Positions 12,916 through 37,124 of a DNA stretch of 64,000 bases are shown here, in pieces. The translations under genes and the position numbers were made by a program. The DNA is taken from NCBI GenBank assembly GCA_051294375.1, contig CM119266.1, positions 349,132 through 413,131 on the forward strand, written 5' to 3'. How positions within the stretch are numbered: position 1 is the stretch's first letter; every line of letters starts with the position of its first letter. The stretch comes from Paraspadella gotoi (Eukaryota; Animalia; Chaetognatha). The notes under the pieces are model-generated. The model did not search any database, was not told the DNA's origin, and saw only the letters and a list, made by a program, of their open reading frames with translations.

Positions 12916-14090
12916 TAGAGTTCCGATAACCGTTAATTTTTTAGGAAATTTCTTTAAACCGTTAAAACTAACATTTTTTAACGGTTAACCGTTAAGATCG
13001 GTTAATTTTATAATTTAACTTTAAATTTAAAAATATTAAGATTTAAAACAAACTAAAGTATTTAATGGTATTTTCTCTTTAACTCTGGCTCTTGAATGCG
13101 CTGATAAAGACTTGAAACAGAGTCGAAACATGTCTGTTTTTTATGTCAAATAAAATTTGTGTTGTAACAAAGCAAATATTTTTGCTAATCTCATAACACA
13201 ACGAAACGAAAGGATATACCATTAAATTCTAATTCTGTATTTTGTTTTCTCTTTCTCTCTTTGCTTTCTATTTTTCTTTCTCTACTTCTCTTCCTCATTA
13301 TTTTTGTAGTGTGTTAGTTTCTTTAAACGCGTTGTTTTCTGTTGTTAGTCTTTCATAAACTATGACCAATGGTCATGAATTTTAATTTAATTTTATCGAT
13401 TGATTCAAAATATTTATTGATTAATAAATATATATTTTTCAGTTTAATTAAAAAGTATATCATCATTATTCTTTTTTATATGTCTTTTTTAAGATTCGTT
13501 CCTTCTATTATTAATTTTTAAATTTTAAATAATTTTTTTATTTGGTTTTTTATTGATTTTTTTCATTCATTCAGTTTTATTTCATTTGCTTCTTTGTTAA
13601 TTTTAAAGAGAAGAAGAAGAAAAGAGAGAAATAGTAAAATAAGAGGGATTATTTATTTTTAGCTAAATTGAATATATGAAAGGGTAAAGCAAAGGGCGAA
13701 AAAAGGAGAAAAAATAAAGGGGAAAAGAAAAAGGGGAAAAGTGAGATAGAAAAAGAAAGGAACAGGAGGAGATAAATAAGAGGAGAATGAAAGACATAAA
13801 GAGAGAAGATCGAAGGATAGAAAAAAAAGAAGAAAATAACAAAAGAAAAAAGCAGGGAAAAAAGAGAGAAAGGGGTAAAAATATGGTGAGAAGGGACAGA
13901 GGAGAAGAAGAGAGAACAGAAAATATTTTTTTTTTTTAAATTTAAAAGATTTCATACCAAAGAAATGAAAAAAATCACATTTTGAAAAATTAACCGAATT
14001 TAACCGTTAAAAATAAATATATTAACGGTTAAGTTAAGAATTATTTTTAACCGTTAATAACCGTTAACAGTTAACGGTTATCGAACACTC
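12916..14090. mobile_element. hAT-like non-autonomous element nested in the 6.7-kb element
   Basis: Imperfect TIRs TAGAGTTCCGATAACCGTTAA / TTAACGGTTATCGAACACTC, subterminal arrays of TTAACCGTTAA/TTAACGGTTAA, and flanking 8-bp direct repeat CATTCGTG (12907-12914 and 14090-14097). Confidence 0.75.
13096..13218 (+). mobile_element. Hammerhead-family repeat with mutated core (CTGATAA) plus tail
   Basis: CG-CTGATAA-A-GACTT-GAAACA-GAGTC-GAAA-CATG-TC-TG. The conserved G8 is changed to A, so it is predicted inactive. Confidence 0.7.
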
Positions 14091-14329
14091 ATTCGTGGCA
14101 TGTTTTAATCTCATTTTTTTTTGCCTATCGCAACATCGGGTTTTTAGTTTCGTTTTTTTTTCTCAGGGGCTGCGTCTGCTGATCAGTTTATTTTTTATTT
14201 TTTTTATTTTTTTTTTATTTTTTATTTTTTTTAAAAACTGTATCTTTAATTTTCCTCGATATTTTTTTTAATTAACAATCGCACAATATATTTTTTATTT
14301 CTGTTTATGAATTAATTTTTTCCTTTTCT

Positions 14330-14525
14330 ATTCTTTCTTTCTTTTCTATTCTTTTTTTCTTTTCTATTCTTTCTTTCCTTTCTATTCTTTCTTTCCTTTC
14401 TATTCTTTCTTTCCTTTCTATTCTTTCTTTTCTTTTTTTTCTTTCTATTCTTTCTTTCTTTTCTATTCTTTCTTTCCTTTCTATTCTTTCTTACCTTTCT
14501 ATTCTTTCTTTATATTTATTCTTTT
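14330..14525. repeat. Pyrimidine-rich tandem repeat (~17-18 bp unit TTCTATTCTTTCTTTCCT)
   Basis: About 9 consecutive imperfect units visible. Confidence 0.8.
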
Positions 14526-15407
14526 CTTCTTTTTCTTTCTGTTTATAAATTATTTTTCTTTTCTCAAATTGGATTTTTTTTAGTATCCAAATTTGTCGTC
14601 AATCCAGATTTTTCTCATGCGATTGCGACGATCCTTATGCTTTTAAGATTTTTTTTATTTAAGAAAATGTTTTTTTCTTTTTTTCCCTTTTTTTTCGTTT
14701 TCTCTTGTTTTTCTTTACTTCTGGAATTTTGTGTCTTTTTGTCTATCTATCATCGGATAATCCTTTTTTTAATATTTCTAAACTAATTTTATTTTTTAAA
14801 TATTCAGCCAAGTTTGTTATGTATAAAACTTAGTTCTCCTGAATAAAATTTGATTTCTAGAGTAACAAAGTTGTCATGTGTTCAGATTTTTGCTATGCGA
14901 TTGCGTTGATCCTCATGTTTTTAAGATTTTTATTCGCTTTTTGATGATGAGAGAATTTTTAGTACCTCGGTGACGGGCTTCAACAGCGGCGCCACTCCTC
15001 GATTCTCCAGAGTTAGCGTGTTCGATAGGATGACCACGGCCTTTAATTACGGCGTTCAAACTGGCGATAATTTGAATCGAGGTTTCGAGGGGAAACAATA
15101 TCATTTGGGGGAGGGGGGAAGGTACGGTATAGTCGGGGGGGAAATTAGGGACTTGTCGTTGTCACAATGAAGAGATCCACGAGTTCCGACATCCATAAGG
15201 GGACCAGATTTATGAATGATAGTGGAGTCTGGACAATTGACATACAAAATGAACGAAAAGAAAACAGCCATGCTTGAAAAAATTGGAGGACGCCGGGTTG
15301 AGTTTATGGATCAAGATTTCTGATCAGAAAGGAGAAAAAATCAACTAGTGCCTAAAATTTCCGTTTTCATTCCCCTTTAAGAATTGAAATCTTTAAATTA
15401 CAATCGG

Positions 15408-15704
15408 GAGCGAGAGGAAGACAACGTGTTGGACGACATGAAGTCTTATTACGATATGGTTTTGGAAAGAAAAAGACAAACTGGAAACCCAAAGGACGGC
15501 ATCTTGGATCGCATCATGATGACGGGGGAGGTATGATAATGATAAATAGATAATGATCGACACTGTTTTGCAGCAACCTCCACCATTCAATTCTTAGTTC
15601 AAAAAACAAACGGAACGGCCTCATGTCATGGCGAGATTCGAAAAGATGCTCCGGGAAATGAGGTTTCAACGCCACTCTATTTGTTTAGACGAGAATCTCG
15701 CTTA
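15408..15704 (+). pseudogene. Spliced coding-like fragment inside the 6.7-kb element
   Basis: EREEDNVLDDMKSYYDMVLERKRQTGNPKDGILDRIMMTGE |GT..AG| FKKQTERPHVMARFEKMLREMRFQRHSICLDENLA*. The phase-0 intron keeps the frame and the stop lies just inside the right TIR. No family recognised. Confidence 0.35.
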
Positions 15705-17389
15705 AAAAAAAATTCAACATTTTTCTAATAGAGAATTCCGTTCAAATCTGACTACCCAAATTGCAAACGCGTTTGCCAGAAATTCGGTTAAAAAACACTT
15801 GTAAAAACGCACGATTCCGAGAGCGTTACATCTGAAGAGCTTGTCCTATTCGTTTTATGGCATTTGATAAAGGATTTAATATCAAAAAAGCCAGGGGAAA
15901 TGCACTACTCATCTCCGGAGAATTTTCAAACATCATTTTTACTATAGAAATGAAAGGGAAAGTTTACAAACTTAAAATTGCAAATGGGATTGCTATATGT
16001 TCCTGTTACATGAGCGACTTCGAATTTCGCGATTCTGATAGGTTTGTCTGAAGAGCTTGTCCTATTTTTCTTTTTTCATTTTATAATGATTTTGACATAA
16101 AATGATCAGGTTTAAATGAAATAGTCCGGTTTGAATCGCGAATTTTTATTTAAAAAGAAATTAAAAGGAAGGTTGAGAAAAAAACTGATTTTTCCTAATA
16201 TCTTTTGAAGGAATAAAGATAAAGGGATGGTAATAGTACCAAAATGAAGCCATAATCATAGGGCACATACAAGATACAATTCTAGAATTACTTATGCTGA
16301 AACCTCCTTACAGGGTGAGTGTCAAACTAAGTCAAAATTATAATGAATTTTAAAACTAATGACACCCCATAAGAATAAATGAAAATTTAATTCTTTTTAA
16401 TGATTCTGAAAGAAAAAAGGCTAAATTGTACTCTAGTAAAACTTTAAAGTTTTTTGGATAAAGAAAATGTGAATTTTTGTCACTTAAATATTTGCTTGTC
16501 TGATTTTACAAGCATGCTTACAAAATTCTACAAAATATTATTCACCCCATCACAGCCTAAGTATTTATCTTTCTTTTCACCAGCAAAAAAGAAACATTAT
16601 CTTATTTAAGAGAACAGGGATGATTACTGAAAGGAGCCGGAAGACATTCAACTTCTTCACTTTACTGTCATTTTTCAATAATAAAATAGGCGAATTTTTT
16701 AATTATTTAACTCTCACAGGCTTCACAAGACATTATACTTTCATAATATCCCAAGGTTAATGTAATTTATTATATTTTTTACCCAGAAATCATAAAATAA
16801 CAGTAAGTTGTGGATTCCTTCGCTCGTTTAAGAAAAAAAATTAACTAGCGGAATTATAAGTTTGTAAGAGGAAGTCAGAATCGGCGAAAATCTTAAAGGC
16901 GAGAATGTTGAAAAAAGGGGTGGAATTTTGATGGGTTTCCTAAGATTTCTCCACAATGTGAGGTCCAATTAAAGCGAAACTTGAGATTACAATATTCCCG
17001 ACATTCCACATCTATCGATATAAAAATATAAGAAAAAAGTCACTGGCTTCTTTTTCTATAGCGGCTTCCTAATTTGTTGTTGTTTTCGTTGTCGCCTCAT
17101 GACTTCGACGTTTCCGTTTAGCACACTCGTACGGGCGAAAGGCATGGATGCACGACGGGCATTCTCCTTCTTTATCCCACTCAGGTTTACCAAATATTTA
17201 TGGAGTTATGTCAAATTTTTTAAAAAACATTTTTTTTCCTAGCTTCCTACCCTCAATTTTTTCTCGTAGTTTTTACTTGTCATGGAAATAACGTCCGACT
17301 TTGGAAGAAAGGTCATCCAATTCCTTCCGGTAGTGATCCTTATTCTATGTTTCTTTATCTTTGATTTGTCTCGCCTACACTCTAGGGAG

Positions 17390-18003
17390 TAAGGCGTAGT
17401 AAATTTCTAAATTTAACTTTAATTAAAATTCTAAAAGTGAGGAACGAACAACATTATACTAATAAACATTTATGTAAATAAAAAATTTATAATAAATTTT
17501 ACAATTTTCGCAGTAGGCCATATTTATCTAGTACTAAACCAATAAAATGTTAAAATTTCAAAATCGTTTTTTCTAAGATTTTTTTTGCAGATTTGGATTT
17601 GTCATAAAAAGTTGATATAAAGAAATATAACTCTTTTTGAAAAATTCCTTCATTAAGTGGGTCAAAAATTAGAAAAAGCTATATTTTAAACTGAAAATTA
17701 AATTTTTATATATTAAATATAGTTTTTTTTAATTTTAACCCACTTAATGAAAGAATTTTTAAAAATGATTTATATTTTCTTTTATCAACTTTTGACGAGG
17801 AATTCAAATCTGCAATCAAAATTAAGAAGAGGCCTATTTTGAAATTTTTCGATTTTATAAGGTTAGTACTATATATTAAATATAGCCTACTGCGAAAATT
17901 AAAAAACCTAAAATAAATTTTATTTACAAATTAATGTTCACTGATGGTATGTTGTTCATAATTGAACTTTAGAATTTTTGTATGTAACTTTCACTACGCC
18001 TTA
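17390..18003. mobile_element. Palindromic MITE with 8-bp TSD (hAT- or P-like)
   Basis: TIRs TAAGGCGTAGT / ACTACGCCTTA, perfect TSD CTAGGGAG (17382-17389, 18004-18011), and near-full-length fold-back. Confidence 0.9.
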
Positions 18004-18579
18004 CTAGGGAGGCCTTAAACTACAAAACACAATAACCTTTTAAAAGCCTTTGCCCACTCCTTAGATATGGAAACCGATCAGAGAAAGCTGGTGGAAAAAA
18101 GCTTTATCATTAACATCGGTTTCGACGTGGAACGTATCTTGACCAATTTTTACACCAAAATATTGAATCAGCCCATGCCCATGGCCAATTGGAAGCCGGA
18201 CATCTCAGACGATAAGCTTAATATAATCGCCCAAGAGGTTTAGTTTCGTGATAGTCGATAACAGCGCTCATTCATCAATTGAAAGTTCAAGTTTTATAAA
18301 TGCGATAAATACGGTAAGTGCGATAAAAGTGGCAAGAATCCTTTCAGATCATTAAGAAGTCGTTCCAAATGATGACGTTCATCAAAGTCAACAGTCGGGA
18401 TCGACGCGTGATGGATAACTTGAGTGAGTCGAGAGTGAGTTAGTGAGGACTGAGGAGTGGTAAGCGAGTCTGCCAGAGTAAAATTGTGTTTTATGTAGTG
18501 AGTTCGAAGAATCAGAGTTTCCTAGTCGCCATTGAACTGCCTTACCAAACTTTCCCACTTTCGTCACTCAGTCGAGAAA

Positions 18580-19110
18580 ATGGCGGAGAGCGTCCCCGAT
18601 CAGAACGCGCTGTTGTATTTGGCCAAAAGCGGGAGGCTCATGAGCGCGTACGATTTCGCCGAGCGCGACACGACGCCCGTTAACATGACTTTGGATACGG
18701 AGATAGTGAGAACCTTTTTTTAATATTGAGGATCGAAGAATAACCAAAGAATAATGATAAAAATGGATATAAGCCATATACGCTTTTGTTTAAATTATGA
18801 TAATTTCTACAAATTTTGTATGCCCCATTTTGTAAAACTTGTTTTTATTAAAATAACGCAGGCGATTTTTATGAAAAAAGCCTCTCATTCGTCCAACCCC
18901 ATTTCCTTTTAAGATCTGGCCGTCGTCATGGCTTGAGAAGCGCCTTCCTTGCTCCGTCAACTTCCGATCTTTGGCCTCGGAGCATCGGACCGACATCTCA
19001 TGGGGCATCGGCAACTTGTTCGATGGAGGTTCCCGCATTAACGCCCGACAAGTCGACCAGGAATAAGACTTCGACGGCGACCTCCGGTTTTGGCCGACAA
19101 CGGTTAAACC
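18580..19110 (+). pseudogene. Possible decayed Cys-loop ligand-gated ion channel extracellular-domain fragment
   Basis: AYDFAERDTTPVNMTLDTEI and IWPSSWLEKRL...DGDLRF loosely resemble the Y-D..R-P..PVNVT and W.D.RL motifs. In-frame TAA near 19064; no further exons found. Confidence 0.3.
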
Positions 19111-19842
19111 TGTCTTGTTCAAGATTGTCCTTTTGTAGCGAGAATAGCGAGACGCCTGATAGAAATTATATAGTTTTAATAAAATCAGTATTTTGCCATC
19201 GAGTAGCTTCGGTAGAAATAAAAAAAAAATTAAGATACATGAAATGAAAATGAATGAAAAATATGAATACAAAATGTAAAAAAAAAAAAAAAAAAAAAAA
19301 TCATTGATTATCAACGGCGTTCCATCTCAGGCAAGCGTGTATTCCGTTAAAAAAAACACATTTTTTAAAGCACGTGAGCGTGCTAAATTTAAACTTAAAA
19401 AAAAAAAAAATTAAAATCACCCTCCGATCAGTCGACCCTAAACTTTAGTTAAAGCGTCTAAATTCTGTAATTCGGCGGCAAAGATGAAATAATTTAAAAT
19501 AGTCACCGTAAATACAACTGAGTCATAAAAAAATTAGTACATTATTACAGTAATTTGATAAAACAAATCAAAGCTCTCAGTACGTTGTTGTGAGGAAACG
19601 AATAATTTGGTCTGCAAACGATTCTGTATACAATTTTTCTTTTGAAATTCCGTCGGCGGATTAAGGCAGATTTAGGAAATTTGTTTGTGCGTTTGTCGTT
19701 TATTATTATGCGATTACTATGAATAAAAGAAATGTTGGTCTTGGGGTGATACCGATCACGGTCATATCGCTATCAGGAGAACGTCTTACTTCAACTACCA
19801 ACTTAGGAGTTGTTATTCTATCTAAAATCTAAGGCCATCAAC

Positions 19843-32421
<12,579 letters not shown>

Positions 32422-32495
32422 AGCGATTACTCAAATCACACTGAACGTATAATTTAGACATTTAAACAACAGAGAATAAGATTTAAAATTACATA

Positions 32496-33252
32496 CATGG
32501 TGACAATTTTACAAGCGCCGGTAGAAATATGCTGTCATTTGCAAACCAGTGGTTATTTCATTGATTTTAAAAATTAGTTCAGTAGAAAATACTAAAACTA
32601 TTTATGTGTTAAAATTTTATATTGATCAGTTAAGATATGCCTTGACAATAAGTAGAGAAAGTTGGATTTTCAAATCGGGTTTCATTTTCCAACTCACTGT
32701 TTTTAAATTCTTTTTTTTTTAACTTTTAGCACTTTTTTAAACAAAGTATTTATTAAAATATTAACAATATTAATATCCTCAGAAAGCCCTTTAAAAAATG
32801 AAGAGAATGATATACTTACGAAAGCTCTAACATAAAAAGTAAGCTGCCCAGCCTTGGTTCAATTAAGAGTGTCAAAATGGTTTGGACAAATGAGAGGCTT
32901 GGGCGATGGGGCTGGGGAGCCAGCTCACTTTGAGCTCTATCTTAACTCTTAATTTCTAACTTTATTAACAATTCTTTATACTAAATGTATCTTCTCACTT
33001 TCACATTTCATTTTCACCTTCACTTATTTATTTATTAAATAGTTAATTATTAATAACAGTTTAAAAACTTTATTTGTTGTACATTTGAAATGTAATATTA
33101 TTTTCTCTCTCCCTGTCTCTCTCTCTCAATCTCTCTCACTCTGACCATTTCATTTCTTATTCAAAACTAAAATCTCTATCTGTCCTCATTCTTAACCTGT
33201 CCTCACCACTTGACCACTATTCTTTTCTCAACTCTGTGTTGGAAACTTTGCC

Positions 33253-33310
<58 letters not shown>

Positions 33311-34310
33311 TCTTTCTGAAAGAACCCCCCTCCTCGACCTAGCGGAGAGGGAGAAGACGTCGGGACGGAACTACTCTCAAACCCGGGGGGGCGGCGGCGC
33401 CAGAAAGTTAATATAATGTTTCTTATGCCTAATGAAACGTCTTGATGTTTAATGGTACCTTAATAAAATAATCAAAGCATATAGATATTCAGCTGTTCTT
33501 ACCGGCGAACAATTGTAATATCTATATGAATATTCAACAGTAAAATAATAAATATTAATCACAATTATTCGCAAGGGGAAAAGTAATAAGACGCAATAGA
33601 TCACAAAATTAAGCAGCTCTTTCTTATATCCATTCCAAAACGTGAATGAGAAATGTTTACACTCTTTATACAATATTAAAGTCTTTTGTTTACATGCAGC
33701 TTCTTTCCGCAGCCGACGGACAGCAGACGACGGGCCCCGCTGACCGAACGGGCCGTATTGAATAATAAGTGGTCGTCAGGACTTTACATTTCACACAAAA
33801 AACTGTACAAATTTTCACAAATCATTGACGCTGAAGAAGGCTTGCATCCAAAGCCGAAACATGTACGTTTTATATGATAAAATAAAATTCGTTGTGAAAC
33901 AAAATCATTTTGCCCTAATACATATAACAATGAAAAAGAAAGTTTATTACCACTATGATAAAAATTATAAATTTACTCTCCAGCTATTGATTTTTAAAAA
34001 GATGTCTCTTCATATTTTTAAGGGCTTTCTGAGGATATTAATATTGTTAATATTTTAATAAATACTTTGTTTAAAAAAAGTTCCCCAAAAATATTGAATT
34101 TAAAAACAGTGAGTTAGAAAATGAAACCCGATTTGAAAAGCCAACTTTCTCTACTCATTGTCAAGGCATATCTCAACTGATCAATATAAAATTTTAATAC
34201 TTAAATAGTTTTAGTATTTTCTACTCAACTAAATTTTAAAATCAATGAAATAACCACTGGTTTGCAAATGACAGCGTATTTCTACCGGCGCTTGTAAAAT
34301 TGTCACCATG
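32496..34310. mobile_element. Tc1/mariner-like non-autonomous element, ~310-bp TIRs, TA flanks
   Basis: TA-CATGGTGACAATTTTACAAGCGCCGGTAGAAAT... and ...ATTTCTACCGGCGCTTGTAAAATTGTCACCATG-TA. Inverted match extends to ~32806 / ~34005. Confidence 0.9.
33827..33869 (+). ncRNA. Minimal type-I hammerhead ribozyme
   Basis: GACG-CTGAAGA-A-GGCTT-GCATCCA-AAGCC-GAAA-CATG-TA-CGTT: intact core, stem I GACG/CGTT, GUA triplet, followed by the family tail. Confidence 0.8.
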
Positions 34311-34442
34311 TAGTAGATCTACAAAACGATTGTGTGCTTGAATTCAAGGGAGATAATGCATACGTGAATGTGGATTACTTAATGCTTATTATATTTATCC
34401 ATTTAAAACATGGAATAAGCCTTTCGTTTCCTTGCGTTTTGA

Positions 34443-34571
34443 ATTTAGAGAAAAAGTTTTATTTGTTACAAACAACGATTGTATTAATTTTCTAGCCTTC
34501 TTCAGCGCTTTGACATTTTCGCAATTTATAACGTTGTTTGTAACAAATAAAACTTTTGTTTTTCTCTAAAT
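34443..34571 (-). mobile_element. Fold-back hammerhead-family element with half-deleted ribozyme
   Basis: Arms 34443-34477 and 34532-34571 are inverted repeats. The minus-strand loop keeps GCG-CTGAAGAA-GGCTAG but lacks GAAAC. Confidence 0.65.
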
Positions 34572-35211
34572 CCATTTAAACAAATTCTCTTTTTTTAATG
34601 TACCAAATTACATATAATTATAAGCCGTACATTATGTCTTACCTGACACTGATTTTAAAAAGAAGTTAACCAAGAAATTATTTTTATTTTCGATATAAGG
34701 GTGGAAACTATTTCCTGTTCTGTTACGTCCTTATATTACGGGTGGGAGGTCTCTCTGAGAATTATTTGAATTCTATTGTATGATTACCATATCGATCTAA
34801 TGTTTCGAATGATAATTCCCTATTATAGCAGCTTAGGCGTAAACAATTGGTAAAATTTTCTTTTAATATGCAAATCAAAACGATTTTTGTCTCCTCCCAA
34901 CACAACGATTTATTATGATTATCACAGGGTCGTCCATCGTTATCAGAAAATACATGCATAATATACATCGTATTTTGTATAGAAGAAATGTTATTTTTCT
35001 TTTGTACTACTTTAATTTTTAAAAAAATATCTTCTGACAGTATACCATCGCGTTTTGGCGTATTGGGGTTTTGACGTTTTTGCGTCGTTTTGGCATCGAG
35101 ACTAATTTCTGTCGAATAAATAGGATAACCCTATCTCTCGAATGACGACATTTATAAGGAAAATTTTATTCCCCTTGTTACTGTTGTTACCGAGACTTAT
35201 TCGCTTTAATC

Positions 35212-36124
35212 ATGACGTTACAAAAATATGCATTTGCGTTTCTGGGCGCCCTTCTGGTTATTTGTGGTGGGTAAAAATAGTAGCAGTACAAATTTTACTG
35301 GATTCATTGAATTATTATTATGATTATCATCGTATTTATAGGCTGAAATAGAAACAGGAAACGCCTCAAAGAGATTGTTTTAATGTTTTATTTTATAAGA
35401 AAATAAAACGCGTTCTTTAAACATTTTTTTATAAAACAATTAGGAAGTATTAAAAGCTATGATAACTATGATAAAACCTTGATGTTATGAAATTAAGTGA
35501 TAAAGAAAATGGGGTTATATCATATGATATCCAAATATTAATAAAGACATAGTGATAGTGATAAAGACATAATGATAGATCATTTAAATCGTCTCCGTCG
35601 CCGTCGTCTTCTTCCTTCAGACATGAGCTCCGCTCGAGTCGTCCGCCGACAGGCGTCGGGATTCCCCTTCGCCTTCGGACAGCCTTACGGCAACTACCCG
35701 CCATTCTGGAATCCCCAGTTGAGGCATTCTTGTCCGGGAGGATTTTTTTGCGCGGATGTGAACACGAGGAAAGAATGCAGCGCTGGAAAGTACTGTCCGC
35801 CGGGTAAGTTTGATACATATTTTCTATTTTCTTTCTTTCTTTTTTTTTTCGAGAAATGGAAAGACATTGAACTAAAATCTTGACTCATACTTCCTTTCCG
35901 TCCAATAGGCAGCAAAGCCGAAACGAACTGCCCAGCTGGCACGTACTCGGGTCGTCAGGCGGCTTCGTGCACCACCTGCCCGTGGGGTCACGTGTGCGCT
36001 GCCGCCGCGGCCAAACCCGTGCTGTGCGCTTCGGGCGATTGGTGCCCACCGGGAACTGGTAAGGCTTGCACAATGCACATTGCACAGTGTGCACAGTGTA
36101 GACTGGAGAGTGTACCGAGATGGA

Positions 36125-36184
<60 letters not shown>

Positions 36185-36875
36185 AGGAAAAATGAAATTC
36201 TTATTTTTGGCGTAAGGTTTTTATTCTATTTTCCTCACCGTGCTCCAATTTGGCTCACAGCCGTAAAACTGGCAGCGGGTTGTCCTGCCGGCTACATCTG
36301 CCCGAACGACAATCCGCCCGACTATCTACCCATCGCCTGCCCGGCGGGAACCTTTAACGCGGCCAGTGGAAAGTCCGCCACCACGGACTGTCAAGCTTGT
36401 CCGGCCGGTGAGAAAGCAAGGGTTCGCCGGGTTCGGGTTTGAGAGAACAGGGGTAAGTTTCATGGTTAAGAGATACTCCATCAGGTACAACAAGTTGAAA
36501 CAAGTTTCAATGGGGCATGTCCTTTTCCTCACGCCTGATGGTCAGAGATCACCATCATGAGGCGCAAACTTGCATTACAGACAAGTTCAAATCAAATTCA
36601 GAAAACAAAATAACAAAAAAAACAAAAAAAACAAAAAAAACAACAAAAAAACATTGTCTTCAACAGGCCAATACTCCAACAGAGCATCTTCTTCCTGCTT
36701 CACTGCCAACGCCAGATCGGGATTCGGTCTCGGCGCCGGATCCTTCGCCGGCGCCGGAGGTTTCGGGGCTGGGGCCTTCGGCGGCGCTGGGGGCTACGTG
36801 CCCGGGGTTTTCTCCGGCCGAGGGGGCTTCGGAGGATATCCTGGATTCGGCGGCTACCCGTTTTTCGGCCGTTAA
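35212..36875 (+). CDS. Secreted Cys-rich CPxG-repeat protein with Gly/Phe-rich tail, paralog 2
   Basis: Exons 35212-35266 (MTLQKYAFAFLGALLVIC), 35621-35803, 35909-36058, 36261-36407 and 36667-36875, all phase 1. Motifs CPGGFFC, CSAGKYCPPG, CPAGTYS, CPWGHVC, CPAGTFN; ends GGFGGYPGFGGYPFFGR*. Confidence 0.85.
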
Positions 36876-37124
36876 GACTCGACGCAGGAAGGATTCAGTT
36901 GTCAAAATTGAAATAAAAAACCATCGAACCAAATTCACGTTTATTCAAGTCAAAATTTGTAAAAAGTTTTCCCCCCCACGAATGATCATAAACTACACTT
37001 TTGTATATTTTGTTCAATTTAGACTTATTGGTTTCTTTTTAACAATATATTCCTTTAAAATAACCTTTTCACCAAAAGGAATTTCACGGAGGGAAAAAAA
37101 TCGAAATTCAAAAGACGATCGAAT

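Larger units (their letters stand above)
10364..17069. mobile_element. 6.7-kb foldback-type DNA element with ~1.39-kb terminal inverted repeats and TA flanks
   Basis: 10362-11755 is the near-perfect reverse complement of 15686-17071 (TA-GGAAGCCGTTATAGAAAAAGAAGCCAGTG... / ...CACTGGCTTCTTTTTCTATAGCGGCTTCC-TA). No recognisable transposase in the 3.9-kb interior. Confidence 0.9.

Noticed and set aside
15832-15860. CTGAAGAG motifs in the giant TIRs as hammerheads
   Set aside because: No stem II followed by GAAA.
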